Notes under the pieces: generated by a model
What the model saw: the letters and a program-made list of their open reading frames with translations, nothing else
Database searches by the model: none
What the model was told of the DNA's origin: nothing
Origin: an uncultured Chloroflexia bacterium
GTDB lineage: Bacteria > Chloroflexota > Limnocylindria > Limnocylindrales > CSP1-4
Length of the DNA stretch: 12,621 nucleotides
Reading direction: 5' to 3'
Assembly: GCA_963766735.1 (NCBI GenBank)
Contig: CAVYBU010000013.1
Coordinates: forward strand, 1-12,621
Position numbers and translations under genes: made by a program
Part shown: one piece after another, positions 6,798-12,621 of the stretch
Position numbering within the stretch: the stretch's first letter is position 1
Layout: each line of letters begins with the position of its first letter

Positions 6798-8201
6798 CTA
6801 CCACTGGCACTTGTTGGGAGGAGTCTCCGGGTCGCACGTCGCGACGGACTTGATCTGGTCGAGGATCTCCAAGCCCTTCGCGGCGTCGAGGAGGACGGCC
6901 TCGCCCGCCGTGCCGTCCGCGTTGAACGGCGTGTAGGAGGGGTTGACGGCGTTCACGCCCCCATCGGTGTAGAGGCCGGGACCGGTGATGCCGTCGTAGT
7001 CGATGTCCGTGCCCGCGCGGATGAGGGCCAGGCAATCGGCGTACGTGTAGCACTTCTCGCCATCTTCGCCGACCGCATGCATGGCCGGAGCCCAGGCACT
7101 CGCCTTGTACGACCCGGCGGCTTCGACGGCGAGCGCCGTCTGGATCATCACGTCGTACGTGGAGAAGTGGTACTGGTCCTCGGCGCCGCCGAACTTGTCG
7201 CCGTTCACCTGGTCCCACAGCGGCTGGTAGAACGCCCACGCGGCGGTGGAGGTGTCGGGCGAGAAGGCCGCGAAGCCGATGCCCTTCTGGGAAGCGATGG
7301 GCGCGGTGCCCAGCGTGTTGATGAACTCCTGCAGGACCCAGCCGGTCTCGCCGATCCAGTTGAGCGACAGGCCGGCCTCATCCGCCTGCTTGATCAGCGT
7401 GGCCGATTCCACCGAACCCGCCTGGACGATGACGGCGTCCGGCTTCAGGTCGGCGATCTTCTGGGCTTCTGCCCGGTAGGACGGCTGCTCGGCCGGGCTG
7501 TCGATGCGGGCCATTACTTCGAGCCCAAGTGCCTCGGCAGCCTTCTCGGCCGCGTCGGCTGCCAGCTGGAAGCCTTCGACCTGGGTGGCGAAGACCACGA
7601 CCTTCTTGGCACCGATCGACTCCGCGTACAGGCTCCCGGACGTGCCCAGGGCCTCGTCGAGACCCTGTGCCCGGAAGATCGGCTCCGCGGCCTTGCCGCC
7701 CAGGTTGCCCGGGATCGCGCCGCCGTGGACGGACGGCCCGAGCGGCGAATCGTTCTCGGTCCACCAGTCCATCATGTAGTCGCGGTAGGTGCGGTACCCG
7801 TGGGCGATGCTGACCACGATCTCGGCGCCGCGCTGCTCGAGGCAGGCCCGGGCCGCCTGGGCCTCACCGACCGTGCCGAGGTCCTCGTGGTACAGCTCCC
7901 ACGTGCGGCCCAGCGGCGGGTCGAGGTTGATGACCTCCTTGACCGGGAAGACGACGTCGTTGGTGAGCGATTCACCGTACGCCGCGAACTCGCCGGTGTA
8001 GTAGGCCAGCTCGCAGACCGCTACCGGCCCGGTCTCGGCGGGCGGTGCGTCGGTGGCTGCGGGCGGTGCGTCGGTGGCTGCGGGCGGCGCGGCGGTGTCG
8101 CCGGGTGCCGCTGTGGATGATGCGCCGCCGCACGCGGCGACGAGCAGGGCGAACACCATGATGAGGACCATGGCGCGACCCGACTTGATCCTGTCGACCA
8201 T
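6798..8201 (-). CDS. ABC transporter substrate-binding lipoprotein, LivJ/LivK-like (type 1 periplasmic binding fold)
   Basis: Signal peptide with lipobox LVAAC-GG; Pro/Ala linker; TGEFAAYG, SYRAEAQKI..LKPDAV, TYD, GTDIDYDGITG; strong SD AGGAGG; last gene of the Liv-type operon. Confidence 0.92.
   Translation of the reverse strand: MVDRIKSGRAMVLIMVFALLVAACGGASSTAAPGDTAAPPAATDAPPAATDAPPAETGPVAVCELAYYTGEFAAYGESLTNDVVFPVKEVINLDPPLGRTWELYHEDLGTVGEAQAARACLEQRGAEIVVSIAHGYRTYRDYMMDWWTENDSPLGPSVHGGAIPGNLGGKAAEPIFRAQGLDEALGTSGSLYAESIGAKKVVVFATQVEGFQLAADAAEKAAEALGLEVMARIDSPAEQPSYRAEAQKIADLKPDAVIVQAGSVESATLIKQADEAGLSLNWIGETGWVLQEFINTLGTAPIASQKGIGFAAFSPDTSTAAWAFYQPLWDQVNGDKFGGAEDQYHFSTYDVMIQTALAVEAAGSYKASAWAPAMHAVGEDGEKCYTYADCLALIRAGTDIDYDGITGPGLYTDGGVNAVNPSYTPFNADGTAGEAVLLDAAKGLEILDQIKSVATCDPETPPNKCQW
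8038..8087. repeat. 21-bp tandem repeat (x about 2.4) encoding the ATDAPPA linker of the lipoprotein
   Basis: GCGGGCGGTGCGTCGGTGGCT at 8038-8058 and 8059-8079, partial copy 8080-8087. Confidence 0.88.
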
Positions 8202-8245
8202 TCTGATTCTCTCCTCCTGTTTCGGGACACCCTTGGAATTGGGGG

Positions 8246-8962
8246 TCAGATCCGGTATCCCTCCTTGAGCTGCTGGGTCGTCAGTTGGGCGGCGTCCATC
8301 ACTGCGAACGCCTCGCCCAGGCTCAGGACCATCACCCGGTCGGCGACCTGGAGAGCCTTGGTGGCGTTCTGCTCGGCGAGGATGATGGCGACGCCCCTGG
8401 TCTGGTGGATCTCCTTGATCTTGTCGAAGAACATGTCGACGTAGAGCGGGGAGAGGCCCGCCGTCGGCTCGTCGAGGAGCAGCACCTTGGGGTCCTGCAT
8501 GAGGGCCCGCCCGCAGGCCACCATGCGCGACTCGCCGCCGCTGAGCGTTCCCGCCTGCTGGGCCTGCTGGTCCTTGAGCGACGGGAAGAGGTCGAACACC
8601 TCCGCCAGCCGCTCGTCGCGAGACCGGCTGCCGATCATCCCCCCGACCTGGAGGTTCTCCAGGACGGTGAGCTTGGCAAAGGTGCCCTTCTCCTGGGGCA
8701 CGTAGCCGATCCCCCGCCCGGCGGTCTCGTACGGCGGCAGGGCGGACACGTCCTCCCCCTGGAACCTGATCTTCCCGGCCATGAGCGGGATGAGACGCGC
8801 CAGGGTTGCCAGCAGGGTGGTCTTGCCCGCGCCGTTGGCGCCCAGCACGGCGAAGACCTCGTTGCCGACCGAGAAGTCGAGCCCCTTGAGGACGGTGACC
8901 CCGTGGTAGCCGCTGCGCAGGCCTTCGACCTCGAGAGAGACGGAGACGGCCCCGTTAGACAT
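8246..8962 (-). CDS. livF: HAAT-family ABC ATP-binding protein, LivF-like
   Basis: GANGAGKTT, GIGYVPQ, QAGTLSGGE, LLLDEPTAGLSP, AEQN. The symbol denotes family only, not substrate. Confidence 0.93.
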   Translation of the reverse strand: MSNGAVSVSLEVEGLRSGYHGVTVLKGLDFSVGNEVFAVLGANGAGKTTLLATLARLIPLMAGKIRFQGEDVSALPPYETAGRGIGYVPQEKGTFAKLTVLENLQVGGMIGSRSRDERLAEVFDLFPSLKDQQAQQAGTLSGGESRMVACGRALMQDPKVLLLDEPTAGLSPLYVDMFFDKIKEIHQTRGVAIILAEQNATKALQVADRVMVLSLGEAFAVMDAAQLTTQQLKEGYRI

Positions 8963-9746
8963 GGCCCTCTCCCAGGTAGTTCTCGACCACGGTCCGGTTC
9001 TCGCGGATCATCTGCGGGTCACCCTTCAGGACCACGTTGCCCTCGGCCATGAAGTTGACCTCGTCGCACAGGCCCCAGATGACGTTGAGGTCGTGCTCCA
9101 CGATCACCACCGAGGTGCCCGCGGCCGCGAGGTCCCTGACCACGCTCATCACCTTCTCGGTCAGGTCATCGGGAAGACCGGCCGTCGGTTCGTCGAGCAG
9201 GAGGAACGTGGGTCGCAGGAGCAGGCAGCGAATGATGTCGAGGAGCTTCTTCTCGCCGGCCGACATCGCGAACGTGGTCGGATCGGTGAAGCCGAAGTAG
9301 TCCAGGTAGTGGCGGATCTCGTCTTCGTGCTGCTTGAAAACGGTTCGCTCGCTGAAGATCCGAGCCGGCTGCTCGTACCTGGCCTCGGCCACGGCGAGCA
9401 GGAGCGAGTCCCAGATGGTGAGCTTGTCGAAGTCCATGATCACCTGGTTGGACTTCACGACGCCGAAGCGCGCCATCCTGCTGGCGGGCAGGCTGGAGAG
9501 CATGACCTCGGCGCCGCCCGGGCGCACGAGGGAGACCGTGCCGCTGTCGAGCGGGGTGGAGTGCATGATCATCCGCATCAGCGTCGTCTTGCCGGCCCCG
9601 TTGGGTCCGATCAGCCCCTCGATCGGCTTGTCGCCCAGGACGAGGTCGTCGACGTTCACCACGACGCGACCGGAGAAGCTCTTGACGGCCCCCTGGACAC
9701 GGATCTGGGGACGGCTCACGGCCTTGGCCCCGACGTCAGCGACCAT
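8955..9746 (-). CDS. livG: HAAT-family ABC ATP-binding protein, LivG-like (divergent)
   Basis: GLIGPNGAGKTT, degenerate signature MSAGEKK, LLLDEPTAGL, IVEHD, C-terminal V.ENYLG. Confidence 0.92.
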   Translation of the reverse strand: MVADVGAKAVSRPQIRVQGAVKSFSGRVVVNVDDLVLGDKPIEGLIGPNGAGKTTLMRMIMHSTPLDSGTVSLVRPGGAEVMLSSLPASRMARFGVVKSNQVIMDFDKLTIWDSLLLAVAEARYEQPARIFSERTVFKQHEDEIRHYLDYFGFTDPTTFAMSAGEKKLLDIIRCLLLRPTFLLLDEPTAGLPDDLTEKVMSVVRDLAAAGTSVVIVEHDLNVIWGLCDEVNFMAEGNVVLKGDPQMIRENRTVVENYLGEGHV

Positions 9747-10674
9747 GGATCTTCTCCATGAGCCTGTCGCGCCGCATGTCGCCCAGGATGCCCGTCGGCC
9801 GGAACAGCAGCACGATGATCAGCGTGAGCCCGAACACCGCCTCCCGCAGCACCGGGATCGCCTGCGTGTACCACTCGCGCGGGAGGGGCAGGTAGGACTG
9901 GATCACGATGTCGAACAGCCCCACGGAGAGGACGACGCCGACGACCGCTCCCCAGACGCGCGCCGAGCCGCCCAGCACCAGGCCCACCATGACGGCCAGG
10001 GTGAGGTCGACCCCGAGGTTCGAGATCTCGAGGGTCCGCACGAAGACCCCGTACATCGCGCCCAGGAACCCCATCGCCGCCGAGGTGAGCGCGAACATCC
10101 AGAGCTTGGAGCGGAACGTGGCCTTCCCCAGGCTCCGTGCCAGTGGCTCGTTGCCGCCGATCGCGATCAGGAGGCGCCCGTACGGCGAGCGGTGGACCCG
10201 CCACACGTAGGCGAGGATCGCGGCCACGACGAGGGTCAGGATCACCAGCCACAGGAACTCGTTGTCCTTGACGCCGCCGACGTCAAAGGGGAAGTCGAGC
10301 CCGCCCATGCCGCGCGCCCCGCCGGTGAGGTCATCCTCGGTGGTCGCCAGGATCGCGACGGCGGTGGCGAACCCGAGGGTTCCCACGAGCATGCCGTCCG
10401 TGTCGAGGTCGGAGATCAGCCAGCCGACGAGGAGGCCCGCAAGGCCGGCGACCACGGCCGCCAGCGCGGCGCACACCAGGAACACCAACGGCTCTCCGAA
10501 CGGCCAGTCCACCCGGACCTGCAGCACGCCGAAGACGTACATCCCGAGGCCCCAGAAGCCCACCACGCCGAAGTTGGCGACCCGGGTGAGGCCCAGCTGG
10601 AGGTGCAGCAGCAGGCCGAGGCCGATGATCATCACGACCTCGAACAGCCCGGCAATCAGGAATGCGTCGAGCAT
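9736..10674 (-). CDS. livM: HAAT-family ABC permease, LivM-like
   Basis: Hydrophobic; LTGGARG, SPYGRLLIAIGGNEPLARSLG, LVLGG...WGAVVG, FRPTGILG. Confidence 0.92.
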   Translation of the reverse strand: MLDAFLIAGLFEVVMIIGLGLLLHLQLGLTRVANFGVVGFWGLGMYVFGVLQVRVDWPFGEPLVFLVCAALAAVVAGLAGLLVGWLISDLDTDGMLVGTLGFATAVAILATTEDDLTGGARGMGGLDFPFDVGGVKDNEFLWLVILTLVVAAILAYVWRVHRSPYGRLLIAIGGNEPLARSLGKATFRSKLWMFALTSAAMGFLGAMYGVFVRTLEISNLGVDLTLAVMVGLVLGGSARVWGAVVGVVLSVGLFDIVIQSYLPLPREWYTQAIPVLREAVFGLTLIIVLLFRPTGILGDMRRDRLMEKIHGR

Positions 10675-10678
10675 GCCG

Positions 10679-11551
10679 CTACACCTTCGCCGTCTCGGTG
10701 AGCCGGCGACCGCGCACCTTGAGCAGGACCATGAAGAAGACGATCAGCGCGAGCTGCGCGTAGAGCACCTGGCCGAAGGTCAGGGACATCGCAGCCAGGG
10801 CCACGCCCGTGAGCACCCCGACCCCGATGACGCCGCCGAGCCCCCAGCTGCCACCCACGAGGACCACCAGCAGGATGAACAGGAACTGACGCCAGCCGAG
10901 CAGCGGCGCCACGTTTGAGCCGACACCGAGGAACAAGCCGGCCAGCCCGCCTGCCACGCCGGCGATGAACCAGATCAGCGTCGTGACGGCGAGGGGACGG
11001 ATCCCGCTCGCCTGGGCGAGGTCTTCGTCGCTGGCCAGGGCCCGGATCTGGAGGCCGTACCGCGATCGCTGGATGAACAGGTACAGGAGCCCGGCGAGCA
11101 CGGCGACGCTGGCGAGCGCGAGCAGGCGGAATGACGTCACCCCGACGCCGATCACCATGACCGTGTCGGGGGGCGGGACGTCGAAGAACCGCACCGGATA
11201 GCCGAACACGAACTGAAGGCCGTGCCGGAGGAGGATCGACAGTCCGAACGAGATGATGATCAGTTCCAGCGAGCCCACGTTGCGCTTCTTCGCGGGCCGG
11301 AAGATGGCGAAGTAGGTGGCGACGCTGAGGACGCCGGCCATCAGCGCGGCCGGGAGCACGACGGCGTAGAAGTCGAGGCCATACGTGGTGTTGAGCCACA
11401 TCCCGAAGTAGGCGCCGAGCGTGATGGTCTCCGAGTACGCCACGTTGATCAGGCCGGTCAGGCGGTACAGCAGCGCGAAGCCCAGCGCTGCCAGGATCAG
11501 GGGGGCGTACTCGGACAGGCCGATGACCACGGACTGGGTGACGAACTCCAT
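10679..11551 (-). CDS. livH: HAAT-family ABC permease, LivH-like
   Basis: ALGFALLYRLTGLINVAYSE..LGAY, SRYGLQIRALASDEDLAQASGI, VLVGG; no obvious SD before the ATG. Confidence 0.92.
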   Translation of the reverse strand: MEFVTQSVVIGLSEYAPLILAALGFALLYRLTGLINVAYSETITLGAYFGMWLNTTYGLDFYAVVLPAALMAGVLSVATYFAIFRPAKKRNVGSLELIIISFGLSILLRHGLQFVFGYPVRFFDVPPPDTVMVIGVGVTSFRLLALASVAVLAGLLYLFIQRSRYGLQIRALASDEDLAQASGIRPLAVTTLIWFIAGVAGGLAGLFLGVGSNVAPLLGWRQFLFILLVVLVGGSWGLGGVIGVGVLTGVALAAMSLTFGQVLYAQLALIVFFMVLLKVRGRRLTETAKV

Positions 11552-11637
11552 CAGCCGTGGCCCGCCCGTCGCGGGCGTACCGCGTCGCTATTCCAGGCGG
11601 CACCGAACCCTTGGGATCCGCTGGATCCCAAGGGCAT
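11551..11637 (-). CDS. Putative 28-aa leader ORF whose stop overlaps the permease start (TGATG)
   Basis: MPLGSSGSQGFGAAWNSDAVRPRRAGHG*; weak SD (GAGAG); translation unproven. Confidence 0.3.
   Translation of the reverse strand: MPLGSSGSQGFGAAWNSDAVRPRRAGHG
11608..11634. promoter_or_regulatory. Perfect 12-bp inverted repeat in the transporter 5' leader
   Basis: CCCTTGGGATCC-GCT-GGATCCCAAGGG; only TT follows on the minus strand. The structure is certain, the function is not. Confidence 0.6.
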
Positions 11638-11645
11638 CTCTCTGG

Positions 11646-11678
11646 TCAATCCTGGTCCGCTCGGGGGGGCTGGCTCAT
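11646..11678 (-). CDS. Putative 10-aa leader peptide MSQPPRADQD
   Basis: AGGAG SD (11690-11686) 7 nt before ATG 11678, inside the predicted leader; contains a C7 run. Confidence 0.4.
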   Translation of the reverse strand: MSQPPRADQD

Positions 11679-11737
11679 GCCGCTGCTCCTGAGGGGTGCT
11701 CGATCACATGTGAACTGGGACGCGTGATGGCTGGATC

Positions 11738-11749
11738 ATCGATTATCGA
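11738..11749. promoter_or_regulatory. Operator copy 2, ATCGATTATCGA
   Basis: Exact 12-mer 2 nt downstream of the -10 box of the transporter promoter; degenerate copy GCGATAGTCGA at 11781-11791 abuts the -35. Confidence 0.85.
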
Positions 11750-11751
11750 GG

Positions 11752-11780
11752 ATGATAGAGGCGCCCACCGGCCAATGCAA
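11752..11780 (-). promoter_or_regulatory. sigma70/sigmaA-type promoter of the ABC transporter operon
   Basis: TTGCAT (11780-11775) - 17 nt - TATCAT (11757-11752). Confidence 0.75.
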
Positions 11781-11962
11781 GCGATAGTCGACGACCCCGA
11801 TGGTCGGGAACAGAGCCAGAGAGCCCCATGGCGGCACGCCCGGGCGCGATCATCCTGTCCCGCCGCCGGCCAGCGTCAGCGGGCCCGGTTGCCGCCACGG
11901 CAGCGAGCCCCGCTCGCTCTGGCCGAGCGCCGTCACGGCACGAGGGGCGCGGTGCGCCTGCC

Positions 11963-11992
11963 TTGACTCCAGACCGGGGATCGGCTTACTGT
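11963..11992 (+). promoter_or_regulatory. sigma70/sigmaA-type promoter of the Tm-1-like gene
   Basis: TTGACT (11963-11968) - 18 nt - TACTGT (11987-11992). Confidence 0.72.
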
Positions 11993-11995
11993 TTC

Positions 11996-12014
11996 TCGAC
12001 AATCGATTATCGAT
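11996..12014. promoter_or_regulatory. Operator copy 3, extended form TCGACAA-TCGATTA-TCGAT
   Basis: Exact 12-mer at 12002-12013 inside three TCGA boxes spaced 7 bp apart, starting 3 nt after the -10. Confidence 0.85.
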
Positions 12015-12051
12015 GTATTGGCCCGCAGTCGGCGAAGTAGCAGGAGTATCA

Positions 12052-12621
12052 GTGGCGACGGTCGTGCTTCTGGGCACGCTGGACACGAAGGGCATTGAGT
12101 ATGCCTTCCTGCGTGATCGGGTCCGGGAGTTGGGCTGCGACGTCATCCTCGTGGACTGCGGCGTCATGAGCGCCTCGCCGATCGCGGACGTGAGCGCCGA
12201 TGAGGTCGCGGCCGCTGCCGGCGAGGATCGTGCAGCTCTCGCCGCCGCCGGAGACCGGGGGTCCGCTATGGCAGCGATGACCCGTGGCGCCACAGAGACC
12301 GTGTGCCGCCTGCACGCGGAGGGCCGGATCGGGGCAATCCTCGGCCTCGGCGGGTCCGGAGGTTCATCCCTGATCTCGGCTGCCATGCAGTCGTTGCCGA
12401 TCGGCGTCCCCAAGCTCCTGGTGTCCACGATGGCCTCCGGCGACACGCGGCCCTACGTGGGCACGACCGACATCGCGATGTTGTACTCGGTCGTGGACAT
12501 CGCCGGCATCAACGGGATCTCCGAGCGGATCCTCGGCAATGCCGCCGCGGCCGTGTCGGGGATGGCCAGGGCATCGGAGGCTTTCATCCCGGAGGCCCGC
12601 GGGAAGCCGTTGATCGGTGCG
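12052..12621 (+). CDS. Tm-1-like ATP-binding domain protein (UPF0261), 3' end runs off the window
   Basis: Not in the ORF track; translated by hand from GTG 12052 (SD CAGGAG): MATVVLLGTLDTKGIEYAFLRDRVRELG...GLGGSGGSSL...LPIGVPKLLVSTMASGDTRPYVGTTDIAMLYSVVDIAGINGIS...LGNAAAA. These are hallmark UPF0261 motifs. Confidence 0.93.
   Translation, partial: MATVVLLGTLDTKGIEYAFLRDRVRELGCDVILVDCGVMSASPIADVSADEVAAAAGEDRAALAAAGDRGSAMAAMTRGATETVCRLHAEGRIGAILGLGGSGGSSLISAAMQSLPIGVPKLLVSTMASGDTRPYVGTTDIAMLYSVVDIAGINGISERILGNAAAAVSGMARASEAFIPEARGKPLIGA

Noticed and set aside
8038-8087. Tandem repeats here and at 14-37 and 4343-4373 as CRISPR or mobile-element ends
   Set aside because: In-frame, spacerless repeats encoding flexible linkers.
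1772-10701. Long plus-strand ORFs (1772-2905, 2980-3618, 4118-5437, 6312-8120, 8285-9052, 8961-9761, 9334-10701)
   Set aside because: Antisense shadows of well-supported genes, expected in high-GC DNA; no recognisable motifs.
11693-11713. CRP/GlxR site
   Set aside because: Only the TCACA half is present; no TGTGA at 6-nt spacing upstream.
11551-11745. Known riboswitch or T-box in the transporter leader
   Set aside because: No glycine, SAM, TPP, Moco or T-box consensus recognisable by eye; an Rfam search is still advisable.
11837-11918. Short GC hairpins (CGCCCGGGCG; AGCGAGC-ccc-GCTCGCT) between the divergent promoters
   Set aside because: Short GC-rich stems are expected by chance, have no U-tract and lie outside the predicted transcripts.
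11850-12446. 198-aa minus-strand ORF
   Set aside because: Antisense to the Tm-1-like gene and crosses its promoter; no motifs.

Overview
High-GC bacterial window occupied almost entirely by one catabolic locus. Left to right: the partial lipoyl-domain E2 and a fused E1 alpha/beta of a 2-oxoacid/acetoin dehydrogenase-like complex lie downstream of a DeoR repressor. Next come a divergent GntR/FCD regulator, a cupin + split transketolase operon, a five-gene HAAT (Liv-type) ABC transporter, and a divergent partial Tm-1-like (UPF0261) gene. The E1 gene is broken by roughly 15-20 single-base indels that look like assembly artefacts. The strongest unannotated signals are: (1) an identical 12-mer, ATCGATTATCGA, over the predicted start site of three well-spaced sigma70-type promoters, which links transporter, cupin/transketolase and the Tm-1-like gene into one regulon; (2) a transketolase whose conserved H-x7-D-x3-H motif reads Y-x7-T-x3-H, suggesting a non-standard substrate; (3) a structured transporter leader with small ORFs, a G7 tract and a perfect hairpin. 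The substrate cannot be identified from sequence. No RNA genes, mobile elements or CRISPR arrays were seen.
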